A stretch of DNA of 64,000 nucleotides from Balanoglossus misakiensis (taxonomy: Eukaryota; Animalia; Hemichordata): the NCBI GenBank assembly GCA_040954595.2, contig CM082585.2, positions 7,789,353-7,853,352 on the forward strand, given 5' to 3'. This document shows positions 50,733-64,000 of the stretch, in pieces (the first letter of the stretch is position 1; every line of letters begins with the position of its first letter). The translations under genes were made by a program, and so were the position numbers. The notes under the pieces are model-generated. The model saw only the letters and a program-made list of their open reading frames with translations. It searched no databases and was not told the DNA's origin.

Positions 50733-53700
50733 AGTTACCGGTATCGGAGAAGAAAAAAAACTCTCGTACAATCTCTTTGTTAATCCCGGGCTCTACTTGC
50801 AGGGCATCCGTTGCTGTGCCGCACAACTCGTATAAGCTTACACGATGTCAACGGTGTGAGATCCTGTTGTTTTCTGTTCACAGCGCGAGCACAATCACGT
50901 TTTTATGCGGGCCCGGGCCCTGTATCATATTCGACGCCGGCCTCAACACAAAAGTTCATTACCGACGAACGGCCTCGACCCGTGTTGACGATTGTTCCGC
51001 TGAGGTCCCCCTTTTTTCTCCCACCGCCGCTCTCTCGCTCGCACAACTAAACCGGAGGACGGCGCACACAATAACCGCCGAGCACATCTGTTGAGATGTA
51101 AATGAGAAATATTGGAGCATGCCCTGAAATCAATGAAATGTAATTTGACGTCATAAATCGTGACCTTTCACCCAAGCGTCATAATACGTATATATGTATA
51201 TCGCTTATGTATGTATGTCTCACAACTGTGTGTATCGTGTTGTAAATTAACAATATTTTTACGTCGTTCGACGTGACGGGTCTGTTTTTCAAGCGTGCCA
51301 TATCTTCGACCCATGGGAAGTCAATCTTACATCACTGAGAATCAACGATGTAAAACATGCGGTGTTTTCTAAGCTTAGCTTGCAGACACATACAGAAGTA
51401 GAAGTCAGATCACACGACCCTGAACAAGCCAGACCTATTTACTAGTGAAAGGATATATCCCGTTTTCCTGCACCCCTCCCCTTTCCCGACAGTTAGTGTT
51501 CCTGACCTTTTCACACCACGCCGCAACCAGATGCCTCTCTCCCAAAACATCGGGAACACATTATCCTGACCGACAACTCGAATCCACGCACAGAGGAAGC
51601 GTCAATGACCGAGGAATCCCGCACTTTTGAAGAAATGTTTCAGCAGTGAAATTGTGTTGCATAGTTAAGTGCGGACAGCAAGACTCCGACAGAAAACTTG
51701 AGAAAGGCACTCGACACTGTCACATACTCCCCCACATAAAAAAAATACTACAAACCATCTCATTGAAATCTCTTTCCAACTCAAAAGTTGCAAAGCGAGT
51801 TGGCATTGCGGGGACCTTCCTCTTGGTAGTATACAAAGACCATAACAGACCTAGAACTACTGAATAAAGACCAAACAAGAGCATAACACGAATGAACACG
51901 ACCGAAAATATAGGTTAGAACAATCACTAGCCTTTGAAGCGGAGAGTTATTAAAGGTTAACAAGAACAGTTCGTGTCAATCTGCAAGGTTACATCCTATT
52001 ATCTATACAATGGCTGGAAATACTCGTGAGAGGATATTGACTTAGCGTTGTAATGAAAAAAGGTCAAGAAAGTCCCCTTTACATGACTTCAGGGTCATTG
52101 CTGTGAGATCACAAACTGCCTCAGGGAATATTAGGTTTACACATCGTAAGCGATTGGCGTTGCGTTGACATTGGTCCCGATAAGTGATCGAAAACACTTG
52201 GTTTTTAAATCAGTGGGGAGAGAGGGGCGATGAGAGGGTGAGGAAGGAAGAGTGTTCTATGTGACGTGAATACAATCTTGAAAAAATGTTGAGGTGTGTG
52301 TTATAGTCAGACCTACAGAATCTAGCTTTCAGCAGATGTCCGAGTGAACACCACCTTCGGACCAAATTAGTTCCGTCTTCATAGTACAAATGCATACAAA
52401 TGCATACCTTTTAATGGAAAAATTAATGAAACTGACGTAATTATCGGAATATTTTCATGGCCGACCGGGCTCCATTGCGATTGGATAGTCCCCAACAAAA
52501 AGTGATGACGTCACATGCATGTACACATGCACAGAAAGCGACTGAGACCGAGTGAATGCGTTCTCGTGGGGGAAAAGGTGGACAGCCTTACCTATACGAA
52601 GCGAGAGTCCGGTTTCAAATGCCGGGACAGAATATAGATAAGCTGACAATCTCGTTTCTTAGACACCAAGATTATACAATAAGCACAGACACGAAGGACA
52701 AAACTGCATAGCAACACATGAAGATGTGGTTGTAAGATGCTCGGTATTAGAAAGTGACTTAGGCCTAGAAGTCCATTGACACAGTTCTTTTAATATAAAC
52801 CCTTTTTAATAGCTTATAATGGTTGTCTAAGACCTCATTTCTCTAATTGAACATAACCTTGTGACGTCAAAACTTCTTGGGGGGAATATTTAATCTGCTA
52901 AGATGCAAAACTAACTCCACTGCCATGCTATTTCGAGGCCTGGGGTTTAAGGTCCTGTCATTTCCAGGGACCCTTTTATATTGAAAAAGATGAGAGTGGC
53001 GAATGTTAATATCGCCATGATCGATTGCAAATGAACATGCCGTTGGTTGTTGCCGCGTGTCTGTCAGCACTTTAATACAGAAGTAGACGCTGCATGTTCG
53101 ATGTCTGGGGCTGCTAATACTTGCAAAGACTTCCTACATTCAAATAATCGTTTCTGCGGTCCATCACACTCCTTTTAATAACATTGCGGTGTTGGAAATG
53201 CGCTGGTTTTAAAATGAAAGCACAGCCAGAAAACGAGGCGACGTATCCAAGCGCGATTTTCGGCACAGCATGAAGTGAATTCTTAATACGAGCAACTCAA
53301 GATAAAAGACCTTCGCCCAACTGAGTTATACGAATCCTCCAGAAGAAACTGCCCATCGTCGGTACGTATACGCCATAAAGTTAAACCAGCTCATGGAAAT
53401 ATTGTGACATTTTTAGACTAAGTACAAATACTTACTGCGTGAGTTATGATATTCACGGCTACATTTCTGCAGACCCGGGTGAATAAATCGTGCACATATG
53501 TTTAAGGCTAGCGTGAACCTCAGACCAAGCGCCCTGCATGCAGAAGTCCTGATCGAGTATGGCGGAAACTCTCCAATTATGCGGCGAGGCGGCTGCCACA
53601 AGTGTTCCGATGCAATGACGCAATTCGACCACGAACAACTGGGGATCTCATCAATAACGGGCGGCGTGGCTGTGGTCTGTGTGTTATTTATTAACAAGCT

Positions 53701-55027
53701 TGTCGTGTATATATATATATATATACGTTGCACTTTTTGACGCGTAGTGTTGTCATGGCCACGATGTCATTCAGCGCTTATCTATTTTGCTTTGCTTTGA
53801 AAATGGAATCCTGGTCGAGGCTGGAGACGTATCTGTCGACATACAGGCAACGAAGGCCATCAGAAATCACTATTTTCCCTGTTTTTGTTTTGATAGGCTA
53901 CTTTGATTTCACATTTCCAGACATCTCACCCCCCCCCCAAAAAAAAACGCATTCGACAATTTCTCCCAACAGATAGAATGCTCGTATAATATTGAACGAT
54001 CGCTGTGGATATGTGCGCTATTTCAAGCCCGTTATTATTACATTAATAACTGTAATATCCATTAACCTTGCCTAAAATCATCATTATTGTCTTAATAGCT
54101 CAAGCAGGAACGCATCAAAATGACGGGAAACCGAGTTTCTGACTTGAAAAGGTCACGGAATAGAGCAAACGCGTATTTTTAAATTTAATTTTCTATTTTA
54201 ATATACACGGCGGAGTGATCCATCTTTAATTCGCGTGACGCCTTTCATCTAAAACCAAACGAGGGCCCTCTGACCTCATCTCAAGAGGTTGATTTTTTCA
54301 ATTCGAAGTCAATTATTCTCTCGGCTTTGACAGTTTTCATCAATTATGACTTCATACTCAATGTTCGATGAAATCGCATTTTGCTCACGATTCAAAGATC
54401 AGCGATCTCATTTTGATTGGCAGGTGAAAGTAACGGCCAGCGATATTTCATCAAATTTTAACAAGCCTATTCAAATCTCAATTTTAGATAATACAGTTTC
54501 GATCTACTAATATTTCTGTACACTGAAGGCTTTTCACTTCTCCTCGATGAAAAGAAATGTCAACAATATTTAAAGGAAAATTTTACATGGCTCCGGTGAC
54601 AAAGTTAACAGTTCAAATACAATGGTCGTTCCGATGCTTTTCGCACCACACAGTAAAGATATCTCGGAAATTTCTATTTTTATCTTCAACTTTTAGTTAA
54701 AGGGGCAAAGTTGCTCACTGACTATCATTTGATGTTTTTTTTAATTTTGTTGCACGTGGACAATTAATTACATAAACAGTGACCTGCATAATATAATAAC
54801 AATACCTCTTACTTTTCCATAAACATAGGCCTATACCCGAAAAAAATTCTGAGTAACTAGACCGAATGACGTCATCCTGAGAGTCTTTACATCTTGATGT
54901 CTGTCCGTCCTCTCAAATTACCAAAACTAATAACAAGCGCAGCTGAACTCAACGGCGTGGTGTCAACCAGAAAAAGTACTCCAGGCTTCAGCCTGTTTTG
55001 TTAACCCTCGCTATACCGCAAATGGTT

Positions 55028-55148
55028 AACCCCTAGAACCCAGTGGCGGTAACCCCTGGAACTCAGTGGCGGTAACCCCTGGAACTCAGTGGCGGTAACC
55101 CCTGGAACCCAGTGGCGGTAACCCCTGGAACCCAGTGGCGGTAACCCC
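55028..55148. repeat. 23-bp minisatellite AACCCCTGGAAC(C/T)CAGTGGCGGT, about 5.3 copies
   Basis: Units start at 55028, 55051, 55074, 55097 and 55120, with no spacers. Confidence 0.95.
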
Positions 55149-55329
55149 GGGTCTGTCCGAAGCTTTGGTGTCGTCGTTCCGGTGAAAACGTGCTGTTGAC
55201 GCAACCATATGTGCGGATTTTTCCACAGGCCCTCGACACCGCGATCGCATCCGATTTCGCAAACATTGACGAGAACATGAAAATAACTACACTGATAATT
55301 AAAGCAACTGTCAGAATGATTCGAACACT

Positions 55330-55900
55330 AAAGTTGTTAAGTATCTAACAATACCACTCGCAATGTGCGTAATCTTCAAAGGAAAACTTTCAGGAACTTT
55401 GATCAGTGTTTTACCATAAACTTTCATCAGGTCAGCGTTATCCCTATTACAGTCTCTCTGCAATCTTCCCCGGTGGAGAAGTTTAGACATGCACGCTATA
55501 ATGGACACAGGCGGTCTGATGGAGTTCATCAACCTTGTCATAATTGTATTCACTAATTCTGGGCTCTGACATGGAAATAAAAATATTACAACCAACCCTG
55601 ATTTCTTGTACCCATCACTGATAGTTGCAAACACGAAACCAAAGTTTTCAAATGATGAGCGAAACGCAACCTGACAAAGTACCAAAATACCAATCGGCTA
55701 ACACGCTGACAGCTTCCAAAGAAACACATCACGTATATAGATACTTACACATACAGCTAGAAGTCATGGCAATGAATGTACGTGTTTTTGGCAAGAGCAC
55801 AAGTCAGATGTATATCTAGGACGATGACATACTTTGTTACGGAGTCACGCACAACTATAACAAAAAGCCCAGATTTTTTAACTAGGTTTAACTTTTTGAA
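55330..55900 (-). mobile_element. Possible degenerate LINE ORF1 SGNH-esterase remnant
   Basis: Broken ORFs contain FVIVVRDSVTKYV (like block-I hhhGDS, with G to R) and IIACMSKLLHRG..RDCNRDNADLMK (like 'hhSxLLPR...N..L'); stops lie between them. Confidence 0.35.
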
Positions 55901-58900
55901 GAGTTTGTCCACTTCCTTAATGCGTCCTATTGGGCGGGCATTTAGTTCTTTAATGTGTCGGGGATCCCAGGGTGAAGTGAGGTCGTGGGAAAATCCGCCT
56001 GTAATTATAAGCCCTGCGCGACCAGGCAAGAGACAATCGCGCACGCGCAGAATCTCAAATCCTGCCAAATTCGTTCTCTTTCAGCGAGTACATTGAAACA
56101 GTCACTTGACTGCGAATGAAATGAACACCATGCAAATGCATGTAACTTTCATGTCCGAGTCCTCACAGAACTTCTAAAAGTGGTACTTTGCTGTTTATTC
56201 TGCTAGGACTGACCATTACAAGCCCACTGCATGAGCTTTCCACCGTAACTGTAGCCCACACGCCAAATGAAAAGATAACACAGTGCTGAATGTAATACGA
56301 ATGGAATTCGACATATTGGCGCGATGCTGGTCCAAGGGAGATAATGTTGATGAAAAATCTCTCGTTGGACGCGTGCACTTTAGGTGCCTTGAAAACCCAC
56401 CCACCTTGAGGGCGCGTATTCCTCATACCATTACGTGGCATTTGTTGATTCTGATCAATCAAGTTCAGACTACGAGGGAGGGATTTTTCTCAAGCAATAT
56501 CTGAGTGTGCTTATTGAATCATAGACAGTACTGTCTATGATGGAATAAAGGTCCCTGGTGAATAACCGGAGGTAACGGCACCGAACAACCGATTTCCGTA
56601 GGTGCTGACATGGCAATAAGGGCGCATGCGCGTGACTATCAGCAATGCTGACGTGACATGTCTGTGAAAGGAGAACTTCGAACTCACATGTCCATCACAG
56701 CCACTACATTTGACAAGTAGTTGCACACACATGTCATTTACCTTCCGTCATAAATATTGAACGCTGACGTTAACACAGTGAATGCGGTACAGACATTTGC
56801 CAGTACGTTTACTTCAGTATGGGCCCAGCTCCCACTACAGGAATAAAAAAAATATTTCTGCAACTTTATTAAAAAGACGCACAAAAATATACATGTTCTG
56901 ATTTTTAAAAGCTCTGGGTTGGAAGCGCTTACTGCTCACGATCAATGAACGTATAATGAAATTGTGAAACCTGCAGTGCCATCGATAGGAGTCTTCAACG
57001 AGAAGTGACCGTCAAGATTCTAGACATCTTCACCTGCCAAAGTCTCTCTGCTATCCGAATATTAAGGAGACTGTAGATATACTCAAGCTAATGACACATG
57101 CGAGTGGACGATGGGTTACAGATGAAGATTGCAGTAATCTTCACCTAAGTACCCAAAGTTCAGCCGAAAGAACTCTCATGTCAGGAAGACATATTGCTAT
57201 GACCTTGTAGATAACTTTGATGCACAACTTTATCAAAATCATAGCCGGGCGGAAACGCGACGTCCTTTGCCCGTGACAAAACCGCTACGCTCAGTCCGTT
57301 CCAGTACAGTGGCGACAAAAAGGTTTGTCCTTCAGGGGCAAGCAATATATCTCAATAGAAAGCCATATTGACAAGGAAAACCCACTGCCTTGATTCGTTA
57401 TCAGGGTACTCTTGAATAATCATTTTCAAGGCTTTACTGAACACTGACGTTACATGAATGCCATCTGCAGGGATAGCCTTGCCGTCACGATAGGTTCTTT
57501 TCTTGGGCGCATGCCTTCCTTTGAAGCGTGCCCTCAGTGTCGGCATTGTAAACAACACTTTTGCAAGTTTTTTTACATTTCGTCGAGCTTTCCACACGAT
57601 ATTCAATAACTCTCGCATTCACAACAAATATAGATTCACTATCTCGTGACTTATAAACATAACAATGTTTCCGAAACCCAGCTCAAGTTTCCCTTCCCAA
57701 ACGATTGTCACCCGGATTGCGAGTATTATCATCGGAAACGAAGGGATGGATTGTCACGTACCTGTAACTGAAAATATGCCTGTCGCCGCCATCGACCAAT
57801 GTTACTAATCCTTTGTATTTGAGATCCCGCTCTGCAAGTTAAAGTTACCGACTGTTCCATTCGTGTTACACATTTCAGTGGCGGCATACTGAACCCTGCC
57901 TCGCTCACATCCACCTGTATAAAGTGAAAAAACAGGGGTTTTAACGATGGATTAAGCTTTTGTGCTCATTACATGTAAATGTTCAGAGCTCACAGTTGTA
58001 ACATCACTCTCAGCTCCTGAAAACACGAAAATTTTAATATTATAGGACAAAAACACAGAAACAACGCATTTGAGGAAGACTCTTGTGAGTTTTTCTAAAC
58101 ACTTAACAAATATTTGCCTGCTGTTTGAACAAAATCAAATGCAATCAATACTTGTTATTATGGTGTCATTAAAACTATGAAAGCCTTATTGAATACACAC
58201 ACAAGATTGACCGTTTCTGATGCTGGCCGTTATTCATGATACATCATGTTTACGACCATAACTGGCCCAGAAAGAGAGTAATGGTAGGAAACTGGGGCAG
58301 GGCAGGGCAGGGTAGGGCAGGTCGACATATGCCCTGTTTTTCTCTTTGTGACGCCCCAATTAAAACGGACTAAACCACCTGTTTCTGTCTTTGTGCAGCG
58401 CCCATCACCGAACAAAAGTCAAGGCTATTGCACCTTTAATGGGTGTGTATGGTATGTAATGGGATGCCGTGTTCTTCATTCAATGAACTCACATACCGTG
58501 TCGACAAAAACCAGCATTCCATGTCACACACACGACTATACAGACCGACCCACACCTACAGGTTTCATGTAAACAATTTTGATTCAAGTGTGACCACAGG
58601 GTGTTGACGCAGTGTTTATAGGTACATGTATATGTAAAAGGAATATTTGTAGTATGCCGAATGAAGAAATCAATAGTTTTTTATCGCGCGCGAGAGAAGT
58701 TTATCGCATTTGATATTAATAGCATTAACGAGTGTGTTTCTGCGATGGGCATGTGCAAAAAGCACCTATCAAAGATTACTAAAAAAAATTGAAAGTAAAT
58801 TGTCGAGCTGGTAAACATAACTGTATACCAGGCTCACACTACCTCCCCAAGGGTATTCCCACTAGTGACTGAAACAAACAAATTTTACTAATCAAGTCCG

Positions 58901-60708
58901 ACGTCCTTGAAATGTTGGTAAAATAATTTTATCGATTGACTGGACGATTGAACAATTCATAGTGTTTGTAGACACAAGTTTTCAACAATGACAAATGACA
59001 TTCCTTGAAATAATGCCCCATGACAGAACATCTGCTTACAGCTTTTGCGGTCAAACTTTATCACAATAACGCGTACACTGACAGCGTGCCTATTTGGAGG
59101 CTGCGGTGTAAGACACAAAGCTAGAATTCAGATACTGAAACTACCAATAAAAGTTATACAACTTTTGAAACTTCAATAAAAACATACAGTAGATTTCAAC
59201 AGGACTTCCATTTGCACGCAAGGTGAAAATATTCCCTTCCAGTGGAAATGAAAGCGTGTAATCAGATAACTTTGGCATGTCCGTCGCCCAGTCGATAAGG
59301 TGAAGATTTCGCTGTGATTAGAGTCAATTTTGGGAACTGAAACCCTGTTCACTGGGCAAAGAGATAAAAAAACTGGAATTGCAAGAGCTATGTTGGCTAA
59401 CAATCCGAACACAGAAAAAATTCTCTATATCCATACTTATACGATAAGATTCTTTGATATTTGGGCTTACATTTTTAACGAATTAGGTAACTGGTTGCAT
59501 GTATGTTGCCTAACTATAAGTGTTTGAACGATTTCTCAAAGCAAACATTGATCATTTCACCTACTGTCACTTTGCCATAGCAAAATGACCCTGATTGGTT
59601 GGAACGGAACAACAAGTAGACCGCCTCCTACTATTTCTTTTTTGTGTTGACGCAAGACGTTCTTGCACAGACGGTAGTTGCATCGCACAGGCGGCTCTTA
59701 TTGTTTGCTTTCTCCCCATTATTTCCGCATCGACGATATTGACCCTTCCCTGCGTCGACTGATATACGATCACTTCCAGTGAATTTCTACGGCTAGTTAG
59801 ATGCTGTTCTCACCAGTATAGGCATTAGAGGAGCCGAAGATTCGCTATCGACTCACAGGTAAGCTTGTTTCTAATTCAGTTGTCCACAATCCATGAGATC
59901 AAAGCAGACTGAAAAGTTTGATATGCAATTTGGCGGCCTGCGTCGCCTTTGGCGAGTTCAATGCTGAGCATGATAAATGTTTTCCCAAACTACTGTAAAT
60001 CAAATGTTTTTCAAAATATTGAAGTGAAATTTGGAAATATAATACGCCATTGAATCAAAAGCACGTAATCTGCATTAGTAATTCAGTGTCCTACCAACCA
60101 AGTATGTTAGAGATATAATTCTAATTGTAAAAGAATATTGCTTTCAGTCAATTTATTAAATAAGACCCGCACGCTAGCTGACGCGACTATTAACGCATGT
60201 AAAACATTAACTTGTCTGTCTTCGGTGTTTTATACTTCAAGTGTGTTTGCTCCGGTCAATAACTTTAAGGGAGTGTGTGTTATATTCGTACACTTTCTGT
60301 TTAACAGTTTATTTACTGGCACCCATTAAATGGCCTTTGGCAATCTGCCATATCCTGAAACAGCAGAACATGATACAACCATTGTGTCCCCAAATCGTTT
60401 CCTTATACTGCGCGTATACAATTGTGGGCAATAGCTCCAATGTAACCATGCAGCATTACAAATTTATAAGCAAGGCCGGCTAGTCTAAAATACATCATAT
60501 GATTAAAACAATTCAGTTCTCACCTGAATAAGTTAAGTGATTGCATTTTGCGTAGCAAGTGAATTTTATCACTGCTAAGGTAATTCAAGAAAGTCTGCTA
60601 ATTGCTTCAAGTTGATATAGTGTACCCGGGAAATAAGTTGATATAAAAATTAAGTCAGCCGTTTGTTCGTTTGTGTGTGCATGCCATGCCGTATATCTAT
60701 AACTGCAG

Positions 60709-61009
<301 letters not shown>

Positions 61010-62556
61010 GCAAATAAGTCCCCCACAACGAGAGTGATTTATTTCAGGTCAGTTCAACAGCCCTGTCTGACTATTCAATAGTACTTCAAAGCAAGTCAAT
61101 ATTAGTGTGGCTTGTTGAAGCTTTAAAACTCATTTATATCAGAGCAGAATGTAGAACGTTGGCATTTTAATGTCATGTCTACGAGCAGTACAAATAACTA
61201 CGACAACGTACAACCATTTCACGTCCTACTTTTGTAGTGTTTCACCGCACTGTACACCATGAAAATACCCCCCACAATGCATTACTAAAGTCCTGTTATA
61301 GCAACGGTCCCCAGATCACAATCCAGGTTTCAGTTTATGACTATGAGGTGACTACGGGCCATTAGAAAACAAGTCATATCATTTGTTATCGTAAGTTTCC
61401 ATGATAACCAAAACTAAGGCAACTCCCACATTCCATTGAAATGAGCTCAAGTGTTCTTAAAGGGCCCATAATAAAAGGATTTTTTTTGGGGGGGGGGTTG
61501 CCAGAATTGTGCCGTACTTTGCCGACTTGTGCTACATTCACTATAGCCTTTGTGAAATTTTGACCCCTGCAGGGTCGTGGAATTTATGCCATCCGAGGTG
61601 GAAGTCGTGACTGCACCAACAATAGTGGTCAGTTTGGGTCAACCAGACAACAATAGTGACACAATGCAGTTTAATTTCTCTTAAATAATATGAGACCAAC
61701 CGACTCCAAACCTTCTCCTTTATCATAATTAAGTTCTGAAGTGGCATGTAGGAAAACGCAAGCTTATGTAGTTTACATTACGCGTAAATTGTAGACTGTG
61801 TTATGCATGGCCTCCTCCTGTTTTTTTCATGAAGTACTAAAATATCTGCCACTTTAAGCAAATTTTTGATCGATAACTGTGGCTTAATTGGCAGATTAGC
61901 CTAGCCAGGAAGTATTCAAAGTACCTGAGGAAGCGTGACACATGACTCTTCAAGTGCCTCCTATGACGTGTACTGACCTCGCTGAGTGTTTTGTGTGACA
62001 CGAATGTCGTTGCAGGAAACAAAGCGAAGAAAATGTTCCAGAAGGTGCATGCCCTGTCTGACACAATGCACTCCAAAATACAAATGATTTAACAACAGAA
62101 ACCGCAGTATGGACTACAGCGGGCGACATAGCACAACTGCCCTATTTTTAATATGTCACACGTGCGTACAAAATAATCTAATGCAAATTGAAGTTCCATT
62201 TCAGAGCCATGCACGTACTGTACACCTCTAAAGTAGTATATCGAGAAAACACAAAAACAAGACACTGTCATCCAACTTTCTTTGATTCAAATAACAATCT
62301 CTGCACTTGTTAACACACACACACCTGACATTGCAGTGACCATTTAAGCAATACTGAAGACAAAAAATGGATAGAATATTAATTTCCCAGTCATTCTTGA
62401 TTTTAGTTTACTTCATTCGGCATAGAAATAAACAAATCTATGCATGTACAAAATATATAATTTCCCATAGCATAAAGTAACAAAACATCTATGACTGGAA
62501 AACAGGAAAGGCTTTTCTGGAAATATGTATTTTACAGGCACACACTCACTACATCA

Positions 62557-64000
62557 ATGGAACTCAGATTACTCTTGGCTCTGGGAAGTCTTGTACTCCT
62601 ACTGACAGGTAAGCTATCAATGAACATCGGAATTTCATTTCTTGGAACATTATCCAGTACATGATCAGGCACACACTGTACCAATTAAAAGTTACTGATT
62701 ACCTAGTTAGTTACCAAACAAGCACATTATTTGGGTTAATTTGTCCTACAAAAGTATTTATTTTTCCCAAAATGATTGTTAATTGAATTTCGAGGAAATT
62801 TATTAGCTACACCAGCAGGAAAATTAAAACACTATATCCAAATCAACAGTTACTTTTTCGCATACATCTATGTATTGGTCAGAAGCTGATAACACCAATG
62901 TCTAAATATATTAATATAAATATCCTACAGCTACTCCAACCAGTACTACAACCACCCAGTCAACAACAGGTAGTTATATGTTTTTTTTTCTATTTTTGCC
63001 GTTTTATTGTTATATGTAATCAGTAACAACGAATAAGCTGGGAAAATATATTAATATATGAATTTATTAATCCTACAGCCGCCACGACAGGTATTACAAC
63101 CCCGCCACCACCGACCTCAGCAAAATCAACAGCAGGTAGTTATACTTTTTATGTTAATTTTGCCATTTTATTGTTATTTGTATTCAGGAACAACGAATAA
63201 GCTGGGAAAATATTTTAATATATGAATTTATTAATTCTACAGCCCCTACGACACTTAAAACAACCCTGCCGCTGACAACCTCCAGAAAAACAACAACAGG
63301 TAATTATACTTTTATTTTATTTTTTGCTATTTTATTGTTATTTGTAATCAGGAACAACGAATAAGCTGGGAAAATATATTAATATATGAATTTATTAATC
63401 CTACAGCCACCACGACAGGTATTACAACCCCGCCACTGACGACCTCTGGAAAAACAACAGCAGGTAGTCATACTTTTTATTTTATTTTTTGCTGTTTTAT
63501 TGTTATTTGTAATCAGAAACTACTAATAACCTGGGAAAAATATATTAATATATGAAGTTATTAATTCTACAGCCACCACGTTAGTTACTACAACCCAGCC
63601 ACGGACAACCTCCGCACAAACAACAGCAGGTAATTATACTTTTTATTTTATTTTTTGCTGTTTTATTGTTATTTGTAATCAGAAACTACTAATAACCTGG
63701 GAAAAATATATCAATATATGATTTTATTAATCCTACAGCCACCACGACAGGTAAAACAACCCTGCCACCAACGACCTCTGGACAAATAACAACAGGTAGT
63801 TATAGGTTTTTTCTATTTTTGCCATTTTATTTTTTATCTGTAATCAGGAACAGCGAATAACCTGGGAAAATATTTTAATATATGAAGCTATTAATCCTAC
63901 AGCCACCACGTTAGTTACTACAACCCAGCCACGGACAACCTCCGCACAAACAACAGCAGGTAATTATACTTTTTATTTTATTTTTTGCTGTTTTATTGTT
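62557..64000 (+). CDS. Secreted Thr/Pro/Ser-rich mucin-like protein encoded by tandem micro-exons (5' part; runs off the window)
   Basis: Signal-peptide exon 62557-62608 (MELRLLLALGSLVLLLT, ACAG|gtaagc, phase 1). Phase 1-1 exons follow at 62931-62969, 63079-63135, 63243-63299, 63407-63463, 63573-63629, 63739-63795 and 63903-63959. Each has ctacag| and CAG|gta sites and no stop codons. Confidence 0.82.
62900..64000. repeat. ~165-bp tandem repeat (57-nt exon plus ~107-109-nt intron), at least 6.5 copies
   Basis: Exon starts are spaced 164, 164, 166, 166 and 164 bp apart; the intron sequences are also near-identical between copies. Confidence 0.93.

Noticed and set aside
55028-55148. 23-bp direct repeats resembling a CRISPR array
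   Set aside because: Units are head-to-tail with no unique spacers, there are no cas genes, and the context is eukaryotic. It is an ordinary minisatellite.

Overview
Animal genomic DNA with introns and microsatellites, AT-rich. It is probably an invertebrate deuterostome (hemichordate-like), but that assignment is tentative. Four protein-coding genes can be reconstructed by hand. (1) ATP6AP2/(pro)renin receptor, + strand, 8 coding exons at 18739-33121, 368 aa. (2) A CXorf38 (DUF4559) orthologue directly downstream, + strand, 8 coding exons at 36160-41425, 676 aa. It has an intact HEPN-type R-x4-H motif, a Cys/His insert, a coiled coil and four C-terminal dsRNA-binding domains that human CXorf38 lacks, which makes it a candidate dsRNA-activated RNase and the most interesting element here. 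(3) An intronless PTB-domain-only gene, - strand, 50241-50732. (4) The 5' part of a secreted Thr/Pro-rich mucin-like gene, + strand, 62557 to the window end, built from a ~165-bp tandem exon+intron unit with 57-nt symmetric micro-exons. The rest is non-coding: microsatellites, a 23-bp minisatellite, degenerate LINE/MITE remnants, and clusters of CRE and RFX motifs with orphan splice donors. All homology calls come from recognising sequences by eye, not from database searches.
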